Shown: positions 18,305-28,835 of the stretch, one piece after another
How the letters are laid out: every line of letters starts with the position of its first letter
Position numbering within the stretch: position 1 is the first letter of the stretch
IMG/VR virus record: IMGVR_UViG_3300010403_000705
Coordinates: 368,845 to 432,844 of that record
Direction: 5' to 3' (one strand)
DNA: 64,000 nt
The notes under the pieces: model-generated
What the model was told of the DNA's origin: nothing
What the model saw: the letters and a program-made list of their open reading frames with translations, nothing else
Databases searched by the model: none
Program-made: the position numbers and the translations under genes

Positions 18305-19228
18305 ATGGACAAAATATTATTGATAGATGGTATGAATTTTATTTGGAGAGCGAATGTTTATTTTCCCTTCAAAGACAAGAAACACTTTTTATGCACACGT
18401 TGTGATGAGAGTTTAAATCATTCACACGCAGAACATTGTCAATGTGGTGGAAGTTGGATAAATGAAAAATGTGAGCATGAACCAAATAAAGAATTTATTC
18501 TTATTTATAATTTTTTTCGAAATCTTCGTTCCATAATAGAAACGTTTTCTCCTGACAAATGTTTTTTTGTTTTAGAAGGTCATCCACAATTTAGATATGA
18601 TTTATTCGCCGAATACAAAGCAAATAGGATTATTAAACAAGCGCATAAAAAAGAAGATTTGGATAAGTTTTATCATTCCAAAAAAGAAATAATAAAATTA
18701 TTACAATTATTACCATTCACAATTTGTCGTGCTGCTAACTATGAATGTGATGATGTAATAAATACTCTGTGCGAAAATATGAAAGAAGAATTATTAATTG
18801 TATTAAGTAATGATTCTGATTATATTCAGCTTCTTCAGAGGGGTTATAAAAATTGTAGGATTTACAATCCTATTAAAAAAGAATTTATGATAGCCCCGCC
18901 TTATCCTTATGTAGCATGGAAATGTTTAAATGGTGACAAATCAGATAATATTCCACCCTTATTAAAACCAAAAAAAGCATTAGAGACCATAACTAATCCA
19001 GAAAAATTTAAAACATTTTTATCTACTGAAGAGAATAGAGCTAATTTTAATATTAGTCGACAGTTAATAGAATTTAGATCTGTTCCAGAAGAAGAGATTA
19101 TTATAAGTGAAGGAGAAAAAAAATTCTCCTTCTTAAAAGAAGAATTTGTTCGTATGAAGTTTGACTCATTAACTAATGAAAAATCATGGATGAAATTTGT
19201 TAAAACTTTTAATTGTCTTAAATTTTGA
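18305..19228 (+). CDS. 5'-3' exonuclease / T4 RNase H-like flap nuclease with Cys/His insertion
   Basis: LLIDGMN, EYKANR, ECDDVI, SNDSDYIQL, GDKSDNIP. Confidence 0.88.
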   Translation: MDKILLIDGMNFIWRANVYFPFKDKKHFLCTRCDESLNHSHAEHCQCGGSWINEKCEHEPNKEFILIYNFFRNLRSIIETFSPDKCFFVLEGHPQFRYDLFAEYKANRIIKQAHKKEDLDKFYHSKKEIIKLLQLLPFTICRAANYECDDVINTLCENMKEELLIVLSNDSDYIQLLQRGYKNCRIYNPIKKEFMIAPPYPYVAWKCLNGDKSDNIPPLLKPKKALETITNPEKFKTFLSTEENRANFNISRQLIEFRSVPEEEIIISEGEKKFSFLKEEFVRMKFDSLTNEKSWMKFVKTFNCLKF

Positions 19229-19498
19229 ATGACACATACATAATACTGATTTGTAGTTTATAAGATGGCGAAAAATTAAGAAATAAGATTAGAAGAAGGT
19301 CTAAGTTCGTTCTTCTTAGTCTAGAAAACGGCTCAATGAAATTTTTTACTTTACTTTATTTTATGATAAATTTAAGAAAGAGTTTACTTCAGGAAGTGAT
19401 TATTTTACTTTTACAGAATTAAGTAAAGAAGTAGCGCGCTCCTCAAAATTGTATAGAAAATTTTGTTCTTTTAAAAAAAACAAAGCATTTATTTAAAA

Positions 19499-19807
19499 AT
19501 GAAATACCATATTAATGATGTTGTAAAAGTTAATGTTGAATCTATCAAAGATAAACAAAAAAGAATATCTATTAAACCACAAAAAAATTCTGTTTTAGAA
19601 GAAATGAATTTTACCATCATTGACGTAAATGAACGTTTACAATCATATAGAATATTAATTCATCAAGATATGGTGGGTTGGATTATTAGCAAATTTCATA
19701 CTAAACATTATAATGTTAGTCCTGAATTAATCGGTAGAAAATTTTATGATATTCCTGAATCATTAATTTTAGGTCTTGTATCTCCTAAGAAAATAAATGA
19801 AAAATGA
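19499..19807 (+). CDS. Hypothetical protein
   Basis: 102 aa ORF. Confidence 0.6.
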   Translation: MKYHINDVVKVNVESIKDKQKRISIKPQKNSVLEEMNFTIIDVNERLQSYRILIHQDMVGWIISKFHTKHYNVSPELIGRKFYDIPESLILGLVSPKKINEK

Positions 19808-20190
19808 AAAAATTTATCATCCAATCTAAACAAAAAATCTCTATTCTAGAGGTTGAATGTGAAAAATTATCAATAATCGATGATATGTCTATTATGCAAC
19901 TTAAGCCTGGAGAATGGAAGGCAAAAATTAATAAACCAATTTCCTTATTTGAGAAAGATAATTGTGGAAAGTTAGTACCTCCAGTGTGGTGTTGGCATTC
20001 TTTTTATGAAACTATAGATGAATGTACTGACCAGATAAAAGATATGGTTAGAACAGAATTATTTAGAGATAGGAAAAAATATTTTTTGAAAAATCTAAAT
20101 ATCACATCTATTGAAATAGATGAAGAAGAAATCAATAAAGAGATAGCAGATGTTATCTCTAAAGTAGAAGTTGTATATCTTAAGTGTTAA
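19804..20190 (+). CDS. Hypothetical protein
   Basis: 128 aa ORF, ATGA overlap. Confidence 0.65.
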   Translation: MKKFIIQSKQKISILEVECEKLSIIDDMSIMQLKPGEWKAKINKPISLFEKDNCGKLVPPVWCWHSFYETIDECTDQIKDMVRTELFRDRKKYFLKNLNITSIEIDEEEINKEIADVISKVEVVYLKC

Positions 20191-20213
20191 ATTAGATTTT
20201 AGTTGAAAGTTAT

Positions 20214-20801
20214 ATGAAGATTTTTATTGTTGGACTACCCTCAACTGGACGAACTACAATTTCAAAAGCATTGAGTCAGGATTGTAATTTTATTTATATT
20301 GATCCTGTATCCTGGCTAAAATCTACTTTTAGGGGTCAATATCCTACAGAACATGAACAACAATATCAAGATTCATATAATGATTATCTAATAAATAGAT
20401 TAAAATTAGATCCAGATTTGTACTACAGAAATATTAATGATTTAATAAAATCTAATCCTGATAACAGTATTTTCGTTATTGATGGTCTTGCTAATCCAAA
20501 AGATTTTATTCAATTGTTTGATTATAATAATGATCACATAATTTTTCTAAATAGAATAGATAATGAAGCTGAATATAAAAGTAATCAAAATATTGCTATT
20601 TCTGTAATAAAAGATTATTGTTTTTGGCTAGCATCTTTAAAATTATTAGATAAAAACAGATGGTTAGAATTTAACTTTTCGATACCTGGTGATTCTAATA
20701 ATGATGTTATAAAAAAATTAGGTATTCACAACACAGTTATTTTGGCAAAATCTATTAGAAAAGTTATTCTCTGTGTAAAAGATAACTTTTTAAATTCTTA
20801 A
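20214..20801 (+). CDS. P-loop nucleotide-kinase-like protein
   Basis: IFIVGLPSTGRTT (variant Walker A), VIDG. Confidence 0.6.
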   Translation: MKIFIVGLPSTGRTTISKALSQDCNFIYIDPVSWLKSTFRGQYPTEHEQQYQDSYNDYLINRLKLDPDLYYRNINDLIKSNPDNSIFVIDGLANPKDFIQLFDYNNDHIIFLNRIDNEAEYKSNQNIAISVIKDYCFWLASLKLLDKNRWLEFNFSIPGDSNNDVIKKLGIHNTVILAKSIRKVILCVKDNFLNS

Positions 20802-20846
20802 CATAAAAGTTGTAGATATAGAAGATAATATCTACAACTTTTATGT
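20801..20846. repeat. 19-bp perfect inverted repeat upstream of DNA methylase
   Basis: ACATAAAAGTTGTAGATAT / ATATCTACAACTTTTATGT. Confidence 0.8.
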
Positions 20847-20855
20847 GAGTACATT

Positions 20856-21755
20856 ATGACTGTAATAAAATCACCATACCCTTATTTTGGAAGTAAGAAA
20901 AGAGTTATTAAGGATGTATGGGATAGATTTGGTGAGATTGAGAATTTTATTGAACCGTTTGCTGGATCACTAGCTGTTATGCTTGGAAATCCTAATATTC
21001 CTAAGATTGAAACGTTAAATGATTTTGATGCTTTCATTCCAAATTTTTGGCGCGCAGTTCAAGCAGAGCCGGATAAAGTAGCTAAACACGCTGATTATCC
21101 AGTTTTGGAAGCTGATTTACATGCTAGGCACAGGTGGTTAATCTCTCCTGCTGCAGATGATTTTAAAAAGAAAATGAGTTTGGATCCGCACTATTATGAT
21201 GCTAAAATAGCAGGATGGTGGGTATGGGGCATGAATGCATCTTTGGGTATCACGTTTTGTAAGCAGCGTGGGTTAAATTGTAAACCATTTTTATCTATGG
21301 TAGGACAAGGAATAACTACACCTACTGTAAATGTTTTAGAATGGTTCAACATCCTACAAAACAGATTAAAAAAAGTTAGAGTATGTTGTGGAGATTGGTC
21401 AAGAGTAGTTACACCTTCAGTAACTTATAAGAATAAAAGCCTAACTAAGAAGGGTATGGTAGGTGTCTTCTTGGATCCTCCATATCTAGTAGAGAATAGA
21501 GAAGATAAACTTTATAGAGTAGAAACTAATGTATTTTATGATGTGTGTAAATGGGCGCTGGAAAATTCTTCAAACCCACGTATGAGAATTGCAGTATGTG
21601 GCTATGAAGGTGATTTTGTTTTTCCCAACGATTGGGATGCATTCAACTGGAACACCGGAGGAGGTTTTTCATCTTTTGCTAAAGATGAAAAAAGAGGCAA
21701 GGAAAACTCTAAAAAAGAAATTATATATTTTTCTCCCTCTTGTCTTAAAGTTTAA
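20856..21755 (+). CDS. DNA adenine methyltransferase (D12 class), copy 1
   Basis: YFGSK, FIEPFAGS, FLDPPY. Confidence 0.88.
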   Translation: MTVIKSPYPYFGSKKRVIKDVWDRFGEIENFIEPFAGSLAVMLGNPNIPKIETLNDFDAFIPNFWRAVQAEPDKVAKHADYPVLEADLHARHRWLISPAADDFKKKMSLDPHYYDAKIAGWWVWGMNASLGITFCKQRGLNCKPFLSMVGQGITTPTVNVLEWFNILQNRLKKVRVCCGDWSRVVTPSVTYKNKSLTKKGMVGVFLDPPYLVENREDKLYRVETNVFYDVCKWALENSSNPRMRIAVCGYEGDFVFPNDWDAFNWNTGGGFSSFAKDEKRGKENSKKEIIYFSPSCLKV

Positions 21756-21919
21756 GATTGTAATTTAGTAATCTCAGCATCAACTGTTTGATCCCATATT
21801 CTTTCAAAAATAGAATCTGCCATTCTATCTGAATCCATGTCATTGATAGGTGTTGTGGATTCTATTTCTGCTTCTTGAGATATTTTTTTTAAGATGTTAA
21901 TTCTTTGATTTTTATTCAT
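21752..21919 (-). CDS. Small hypothetical protein (55 aa)
   Basis: MNKNQRINILKKISQEAE...; coupled to the stop of the 662-aa gene. Confidence 0.5.
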   Translation of the reverse strand: MNKNQRINILKKISQEAEIESTTPINDMDSDRMADSIFERIWDQTVDAEITKLQS

Positions 21920-23900
21920 ATGTTATGGCTCCTGTTTCGGGATTTACTTTTCTTTTTAATATTTCTCCAGTTACTGGATCAATTTTCTCTTCTTCATTAG
22001 AGATACTTCCTGCTCTTTCTAAGATATTCTGTAAATACATACAGGCATTATTAATAATGTTGATTTGTGTGGCATATGGATTATTATATGCAGGACCGCT
22101 TGGACCGGCAAAATTAGTGCCTTGAGGACCTATACTTTTTATCTCTAGTTTAGAAAAGTAATTTACTAATCCTTCACCCATATTTATAACTTGATTAATT
22201 GCTTCAACTTCTTTGTCGTTAAGAGATTCTTTTTCTTCAATCCCCATTTTATCTAGTGTAGATAAAGTGTCTTTGAATTTGTGAAATGATTTGCTAAGTC
22301 TAACACTAAGAACAAATTGACTAAATTCTGGAAGCAATTCTACTTCTTGTTGTACTGCTTTCCTTAAAGCACTTACAGCATTTAACATTGATTTCCTATC
22401 TTTTGCTTTTGTTGCATCTGCAATGCTATCCAAATATGGTTTGAATTTTGATTTTTTCTCTTCTTTAACTTTTCTATTTTTTGAGCCTACCAATCTATCC
22501 TTAGCAGTTTTCCTTTCAGCTAACATTGCTTTAGATAAATTTTCTACATAGCCCGAAAGTTTAATACTCGTCCATTCGCGTACTCCAGGTAAGTGCTTGT
22601 TTTGATACCTACCGAGACCAGATTCTTCACGAGCTTTTTGTAGTTCTTCAGTTATTTCAACCTTTTGCATTTTTTTAGCAATCTCAGTCGCTTGTTGCTT
22701 ATTCCATTCCGCAATTGGTATTTTTTTATTTTCTGCCGCTTTAATCTTATCAAGTAAGTTTTTTAGAGTTGCTTGACCCATCGGAGTTTTACTCATATGA
22801 GGTAAGAAATCTAGTAATTGTTTTCTTAACTTAGTTTCTTCGCCTTTGTTTTTGTCTGCGCTACGCATGGTCTTGCGTAAAAGTAATTCATGTTCAAGCC
22901 TTAATTTTTCTAGTGGATCTCTAACATTTTCATATTCTTTCATTAACTGATCGGTTTGACGTGTTAGAGTGTTTTGACGAATAGCAGCTTTTGCAGCTAT
23001 TCTTTCTTGTTTTGCTTTTTTAAGCTGCCCTCTAATGTTAGCTAGTTCTTGTTGTGTAGCAGGATCTGGTGCCACTTGATTTTCTGCATTGAGTTTGGCT
23101 TCTTTAGCAGTCAATAATTTTAATTGATCTAAAAGGGTTATTAATTTTCTTTTCCTTTCAGCAGTTTTAGGGTCTCTATCAGTAGGTAATTCTTCTAAAT
23201 ATCTTTGTCTTTCGTTTTCGTAACTTTGAATCCAATCTTTTGGCTCTTTGACATTACGAACAAAATATCCTCTTCCTTTGCTTTGCGCCTCTTCCATTCC
23301 TACCCCACCTGACAAATCAAATTTTGCCACGGCTTCTGGATCAATATCTGATAAATCACTAGTGCTTTTATTGCGACCAGCTAATTCATCTTTTAATGAC
23401 TGTTCATTAAATTGATTCTTAACAGCTCTTATTTCTTTTTCGGCTGATGGATTATCACCTTTATTAAATCCTCCTCCCGCTTCTTTAGCGCGTCTACTTA
23501 AATCATTATGCATATCATTAAGTACGCTTTCTAAATCATTTAGTGGACTCTCTTCATCATCTGGATCCACGTCTTCTAGTTGGGTATTAATAAAATTACC
23601 AATAGCTTTTTTTACAGTATTAAAACCTCCATTGATATCCAAAGCTTTACGATACATATCAGCGATTAATAAAGCTTCAGAAACTATGTCTGGATCTGAT
23701 ACAACGCGTGCTAATTCTAATAATTTATTATATAATTCAGTTTCCCCAGGATTTCTTTCGGTAGAAGGACCTTCCTCATCATCAGGCATTGTATATGTTT
23801 GTGGTGATTTATCTTGTGCCAAAGCAATGATTTTATAATCATTTACAGCGTTGTAATAAAAATGGTCAATTTTTTGTATTATAGTTGATAGTTTTAACAT
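21912..23900 (-). CDS. Large coiled-coil protein, possible virion internal protein
   Basis: 662 aa, charged and helical; N-terminal KIDHF motif. Confidence 0.75.
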   Translation of the reverse strand: MLKLSTIIQKIDHFYYNAVNDYKIIALAQDKSPQTYTMPDDEEGPSTERNPGETELYNKLLELARVVSDPDIVSEALLIADMYRKALDINGGFNTVKKAIGNFINTQLEDVDPDDEESPLNDLESVLNDMHNDLSRRAKEAGGGFNKGDNPSAEKEIRAVKNQFNEQSLKDELAGRNKSTSDLSDIDPEAVAKFDLSGGVGMEEAQSKGRGYFVRNVKEPKDWIQSYENERQRYLEELPTDRDPKTAERKRKLITLLDQLKLLTAKEAKLNAENQVAPDPATQQELANIRGQLKKAKQERIAAKAAIRQNTLTRQTDQLMKEYENVRDPLEKLRLEHELLLRKTMRSADKNKGEETKLRKQLLDFLPHMSKTPMGQATLKNLLDKIKAAENKKIPIAEWNKQQATEIAKKMQKVEITEELQKAREESGLGRYQNKHLPGVREWTSIKLSGYVENLSKAMLAERKTAKDRLVGSKNRKVKEEKKSKFKPYLDSIADATKAKDRKSMLNAVSALRKAVQQEVELLPEFSQFVLSVRLSKSFHKFKDTLSTLDKMGIEEKESLNDKEVEAINQVINMGEGLVNYFSKLEIKSIGPQGTNFAGPSGPAYNNPYATQINIINNACMYLQNILERAGSISNEEEKIDPVTGEILKRKVNPETGAITYE

Positions 23901-23944
23901 ATTTTTTATTTATTAAGTTTGGGTTATAATTATATATAACATTA

Positions 23945-24625
23945 TTAGGCATTTAACGATAGTAATATTGTTCGCAATTCTTTAACTATTAGATATACTA
24001 CAGCAATTAGTGTTTGCCCACGAGTAGACCTTCCATCAATGACCATATTGGTGTCATTTGGTGTAATTAGTAATGATTCGCCTTCTTCAATTAATTTTTT
24101 AATACTATCCACTTGTTTTGAGGGATCAGTTAATTGAGGAAGTAATTTGCTTACATTAGCCTTGAATTGACTAAATGGTTCTGTAGATTTTAGTGCATTG
24201 GAGATATAATTTAATTCTTCTTGAGTTGGGCTACTTCTATTTTGTTTTTTTAATTTATCCATAACTGTCTGTTTAGCAGTGCTTCTAACAGTAGCTATTC
24301 TTTGTCTTAAATGAATTAACAATCCTTCAATTTTTTGCCTTAAAGGAATGAAAGGTCCTTCAATATTTGAATTATTTTTCATTTCTCTAAGTTTATCTCT
24401 ATTTCTTATATTATATTGTTTTTTCTTTTCTTTCCATGCAATATAATCCGGATCGTTAGGATTGTTTAATCCCTTTTCCTTCATATTTTGAGCGATTTCT
24501 CTGCTATATTCTCGAGTCCAGTCTCTATTATATTCTCGTCTTTGTTGAAGTTTTTCTTCTGGAGTTTCTGCTAGCGCCAAAAAATGGTCTATCTTTTCAT
24601 ATAAAGAGCTATATATATTTTTCAT
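23945..24625 (-). CDS. Hypothetical protein related to its neighbour
   Basis: 226 aa; N-terminal KIDHF and FSQF motifs shared with the 662-aa protein. Confidence 0.7.
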   Translation of the reverse strand: MKNIYSSLYEKIDHFLALAETPEEKLQQRREYNRDWTREYSREIAQNMKEKGLNNPNDPDYIAWKEKKKQYNIRNRDKLREMKNNSNIEGPFIPLRQKIEGLLIHLRQRIATVRSTAKQTVMDKLKKQNRSSPTQEELNYISNALKSTEPFSQFKANVSKLLPQLTDPSKQVDSIKKLIEEGESLLITPNDTNMVIDGRSTRGQTLIAVVYLIVKELRTILLSLNA

Positions 24626-24645
24626 ATCTGATATAATTCAATATT

Positions 24646-25548
24646 ATGAGTATGAAGAATAAATTAAAAACTGCTTTTAGCTGGTTTGGTGGAAAATCTA
24701 AAGTGGCAAAAGTTGTTTGGTTAGGTTTAGGTGAAGTTTCTAATTATGTAGAACCCTTTGCTGGTTCTTTAGCAGTATTATTATCGAACCCTAATATTCC
24801 TAAAATTGAAACAGTTAATGATTTAGATTGTGGATTATCTAATTTTTGGAGAGCTATTTCTTATGATGCAGAGGCAGTAGCAAAATATGCGGATTATCCA
24901 GTAAATGAATCTGATTTACATGCTCGTCATAAATGGTTAACTTCTGTTATAACAGACGACTTTAGAAATAAGATGGATTCAGATCCAGACTTTTTTGATG
25001 CCAAAGTTGCTGGATATTGGGTTTGGGGACAGTGTGCTAGTGTAGGTAATAATTGGTTGCAAAATAAAGGTCTAAAAGCTTTGCCTATGTTATCTTCGGC
25101 AGGAGGAGGCATTCACGGTTTAACTTATGATATAAAAGAAGATTTCAAAAAATTACAAAATAGACTAAGAAGAGTTAGAGTAGCATGTGGTGATTGGTCC
25201 AGAATAATTACTCCAGGAATTACTTATGCCAGCAAAGGCTTAGGTAATAATGATATTACTGGGGTATTTCTGGATCCACCATACGATGTCAATGTAAGAG
25301 ATAAAGTGTACAAAGAAGATAATGATGTTTTTACACAAGTTTGTAAGTGGGCAATAGAGAATGGAGATAATCATCGTATGAGAATCGCTTTGTGTGGATA
25401 TGAAGGAAATCATAACATCCCAGATACCTGGCAAACATATGCTTGGAAGACCGGTGGCGGTCTATCTAGTCTTGGAAATGATAGAGGTAAAGACAATGCA
25501 CTTAAAGAACGCATCTATTTTTCTCCTCATTGCTTAAAAATAATATGA
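24646..25548 (+). CDS. DNA adenine methyltransferase (D12 class), copy 2
   Basis: WFGGKS, YVEPFAGS, FLDPPY; paralog of 20856..21755. Confidence 0.88.
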   Translation: MSMKNKLKTAFSWFGGKSKVAKVVWLGLGEVSNYVEPFAGSLAVLLSNPNIPKIETVNDLDCGLSNFWRAISYDAEAVAKYADYPVNESDLHARHKWLTSVITDDFRNKMDSDPDFFDAKVAGYWVWGQCASVGNNWLQNKGLKALPMLSSAGGGIHGLTYDIKEDFKKLQNRLRRVRVACGDWSRIITPGITYASKGLGNNDITGVFLDPPYDVNVRDKVYKEDNDVFTQVCKWAIENGDNHRMRIALCGYEGNHNIPDTWQTYAWKTGGGLSSLGNDRGKDNALKERIYFSPHCLKII

Positions 25549-25670
25549 TATTTATTTTTACTAGTGATTTTTGTTTAACAACTTTATAAAAAAATTAATT
25601 ACAATCAATAATTGTATTAGTCGAAGTAGTATTATTTACTTCACTTTTACTTAATATTAAAGATATTAAA

Positions 25671-25895
25671 ATGAATTTAAGACAAATATTATGTTACTTA
25701 GATACTTGGGGCAAACATATAGAATCATCAAGATGGTTTGATCAAACTGATTCTAGATATAGATGTATTTTCTTAAAGAAAGGTGGGGATCATTATTGCA
25801 CCAACTGTGGTTATTATTTGTATACTGAATATAATTTTCCAGAATCATTAAAAAAGATGCGTGAGATGTATAAAATGTGGTGGGAAATTAAATAA
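25671..25895 (+). CDS. Hypothetical protein
   Basis: 74 aa, CTNCG. Confidence 0.55.
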   Translation: MNLRQILCYLDTWGKHIESSRWFDQTDSRYRCIFLKKGGDHYCTNCGYYLYTEYNFPESLKKMREMYKMWWEIK

Positions 25896-26155
25896 TGATA
25901 ATTAAAAGTGTACCATCAAGTGTTTATCCAGAAGGAGTTACTAAAAAATATTTAATATTTGAAAAAGAAAAAGATGAACATGTTTGTTCAGTAGAGTTTG
26001 TTGATAAATTAGTTTGGATAAAATTTATAGGTTATGGAATAGAGTTTGCACGTATAAAAAATAATAAATTAGTTTGGACAACTAAGCATGATTTTATCAA
26101 AGAAAAGTATAAAAAAATGATAGATAAGTTAATTAGTTTGCACATTTTTTCTTAA
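25895..26155 (+). CDS. Hypothetical protein with C-terminal F-x motif
   Basis: Ends DKLISLHIFS*. Confidence 0.6.
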   Translation: MIIKSVPSSVYPEGVTKKYLIFEKEKDEHVCSVEFVDKLVWIKFIGYGIEFARIKNNKLVWTTKHDFIKEKYKKMIDKLISLHIFS

Positions 26156-26291
26156 TAAAATGGCAAAATTATGGTTTTTAAAGTTTAAAAAAGATAATCG
26201 ATGTTAAAAAAATAACTAGGACTAAGTTATATCATTATCATTAATTATCTGTTTATCGTTGAAATTTTTGTTCAAATATAAGGAATGTATT

Positions 26292-27851
26292 ATGTCTTCA
26301 AAAAAGTTATTTTCTAATAAGTCTGTGGATGTTAAGTTAGTTAAACCAACTGATACAGTAAATAATGCTGGTGGTCAAGCCTATTCTTTAGATGATAAGG
26401 CAGCCTTGGCTCAATTAGCCATGACGGGATGTTTCAATGGTACTTATTATGTTTCTGATGAAGATCAATTAAAAAAAGTATTAGATTTAGCAAATAAATT
26501 GCCAGCAAAATATGTTGCACAACTAGCTGTTTATTCTCGTCAATATGGTTTAATGAAAGATATGCCAGCAGTTTTGGCAGCGGTAGTGGCAGGTAAGGAT
26601 TCAGATCTTTTATCAAAAATTTTTGATAAGGTAGTAGATTCCCCCAAAATGTTAAGAAATTTTGTACAAATTCTTCGTTCAGGAGTAGTAGGTCGCAAAT
26701 CTTTAGGCACTAGACCTAAGAAATTGGTTCAAAAATACCTTGAATCTTTAACTGACGAACAATTATTTATGGCTGATGTTGGAAACGACCCATCTTTACA
26801 AGATGTAATTAAATTGGTTCATCCTAAACCAACTACCAAACAACGTTCTGCTATGTTTGCATATCTCTTAAATAAAGAATATTCCCAGGATGATTTATCT
26901 TTATTAGTAAGACAATTTGAGGACTTTAAAAAGGACATGTCCAAGGACATTCCTAATGTACCTTTTCAAAAATTAACTGCTTTACCACTTACTTCTGATC
27001 ATTGGAAAAAAATTGCTTCAAATGCCACTTGGAATCAAATCAGACAAAATCTTAATACATTCGCTCGTCATAATGTCTTAAGTGATCAGGCATTATTGAA
27101 TCTTATATGTTCTAGAATAGAGGATAAGGAATTAGTTAAAAGAGCTAGAGTATTTCCTTATCAGCTTTTTACCACGTTTCAAAATTTGGAATCAAGTATA
27201 CCAACTAAGATCTCAGTTGCTTTACAAAAAGCTGCTGAACATGCATTGGAAAATATTCCAGAATTTAAAGGTAAAGTCTATGTTATGGTAGATACTTCTG
27301 GTTCTATGAGTTCGCCAGTGACTGGTAAACGTGGTACAGCTACTACAAAAATGTCTTGCATTGATGTTGCTGCTTTAGTGGCGGCAGCTATAATGAGAAA
27401 AAATTCTGATGTAGAAGTATTACCTTTTGATACTAAAGTTCATACACATAAACTGAATCCACTTGATTCGATTATGACTAATGCAAAGATTTTATCTGCT
27501 TTTGGTGGAGGAGGTACGAATTGTTCTCTTCCATTACAAGAATTGAATCGTAGAAAAGCCATGGGAGATTTAGTTATTTATGTAAGTGATAATGAATCTT
27601 GGGTTGATTCTAGCAGAGGAAAGGGGACTGCAACTATGAATGCTTGGGAAGTTTTTAAAGCTCGTAATAGAAATGCAAAATTAGTTTGTATTGATTTGAC
27701 ACCCAATACTTCTACACAAGTTTATTCTAAAAAAGACGTTCTTAACATCGGAGGTTTCTCAGATTCTGTATTTGAAGTGATAAATAAGTTCATGGAGTAC
27801 GGAAATGACGCAAATCTATGGATTAGAACAATTGAGCAGATTAAACTTTAA
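26292..27851 (+). CDS. Ro60/Rsr TROVE-vWA RNA-binding protein
   Basis: NNAGGQAY, LAQLAMTGCFNGTYY, ARVFPYQL, VDTSGSM MIDAS, GGGGTNCS, SDNESW, IGGFSD. Confidence 0.92.
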   Translation: MSSKKLFSNKSVDVKLVKPTDTVNNAGGQAYSLDDKAALAQLAMTGCFNGTYYVSDEDQLKKVLDLANKLPAKYVAQLAVYSRQYGLMKDMPAVLAAVVAGKDSDLLSKIFDKVVDSPKMLRNFVQILRSGVVGRKSLGTRPKKLVQKYLESLTDEQLFMADVGNDPSLQDVIKLVHPKPTTKQRSAMFAYLLNKEYSQDDLSLLVRQFEDFKKDMSKDIPNVPFQKLTALPLTSDHWKKIASNATWNQIRQNLNTFARHNVLSDQALLNLICSRIEDKELVKRARVFPYQLFTTFQNLESSIPTKISVALQKAAEHALENIPEFKGKVYVMVDTSGSMSSPVTGKRGTATTKMSCIDVAALVAAAIMRKNSDVEVLPFDTKVHTHKLNPLDSIMTNAKILSAFGGGGTNCSLPLQELNRRKAMGDLVIYVSDNESWVDSSRGKGTATMNAWEVFKARNRNAKLVCIDLTPNTSTQVYSKKDVLNIGGFSDSVFEVINKFMEYGNDANLWIRTIEQIKL

Positions 27852-27899
27852 TCTGCCATCAAGATTTAAGCATAACTATGCTAAGAAAGATCTTTTATT

Positions 27900-28127
27900 A
27901 TGAAAATAGAAATTGACACAGAAACTTTTGATTTTTCTTATCAAAATGAAGAATTTATTAAAGCCAGTACTCATTATTGGAAGTTACTTAAAGGTGAGGA
28001 TGATGGTTTGAATGGTGAAGAATTATTAAAAGCTTCAGAAAAAGAGCAGGCGTTAAACGAATTTCGTATGAGAGCTTTTAAGTTTTATTGTTTAAATATT
28101 AAAAGTAAATTATGTTTGCAAAAGTAA
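27900..28127 (+). CDS. Hypothetical protein
   Basis: 75 aa ORF. Confidence 0.55.
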   Translation: MKIEIDTETFDFSYQNEEFIKASTHYWKLLKGEDDGLNGEELLKASEKEQALNEFRMRAFKFYCLNIKSKLCLQK

Positions 28128-28417
28128 AAGAATTTTTTATAAATAATAATATAGATATTAATAATAAAGTTAAAGAATTTACTAATGAATATAGGTTTGC
28201 TGTTTTTGGACCCAGAGATTCTGTAGTATATTATCGTATTTGGGGCACAGAAGATACGCCTATTGTGGATGCCTGGTTTGGTAAACATAATAGTGAGAGT
28301 GGTGGATTGAGCTTACAATCAAGTGCTAATAATGAAAATCAATTATATTATATGTTTAAATTGCATAAACGTTTTATGCAATCGGGTCGTAAAAAAATTT
28401 TACGTAATTGGAAATAA
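28112..28417 (+). CDS. Hypothetical protein
   Basis: 101 aa ORF. Confidence 0.6.
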   Translation: MFAKVKEFFINNNIDINNKVKEFTNEYRFAVFGPRDSVVYYRIWGTEDTPIVDAWFGKHNSESGGLSLQSSANNENQLYYMFKLHKRFMQSGRKKILRNWK

Positions 28418-28419
28418 AA

Positions 28420-28821
28420 ATGGGTCATTATTGTTCTATTAAATTTACTAGTAATTTGTCTGAGCTAGGTGCAGAAATTATTGAATATTTACAGAATCAT
28501 TCTTTACTAGAAGCTAGTCAAACATTTACCTATTATCCTTTTATAGAAGCCTGTTATAATAGATATCAATGGGCGGTAATTCCCATTACAATTTTCGATA
28601 AGAACAACAAAATATGGAAAGTTGATTGGGAACATAAAATTAAATTTTATGAGAGACCTTTAAAGTTTCTTATTCCTTATTTAACTACAAAAGAAACAAA
28701 TTTTATATATTCTTCTGAACATAGTGATTGGGTGGAGTTTTCTATTACTTTATGCCCAAAAACTCCTATAATACAATGGGATCGTAAATTTGGAGATCCA
28801 ACTGGAATAGAAATTTATTAA
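28420..28821 (+). CDS. Hypothetical protein
   Basis: ORF starting MGHYCS. Confidence 0.6.
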   Translation: MGHYCSIKFTSNLSELGAEIIEYLQNHSLLEASQTFTYYPFIEACYNRYQWAVIPITIFDKNNKIWKVDWEHKIKFYERPLKFLIPYLTTKETNFIYSSEHSDWVEFSITLCPKTPIIQWDRKFGDPTGIEIY

Positions 28822-28835
28822 AAGGATTTTTAAAA

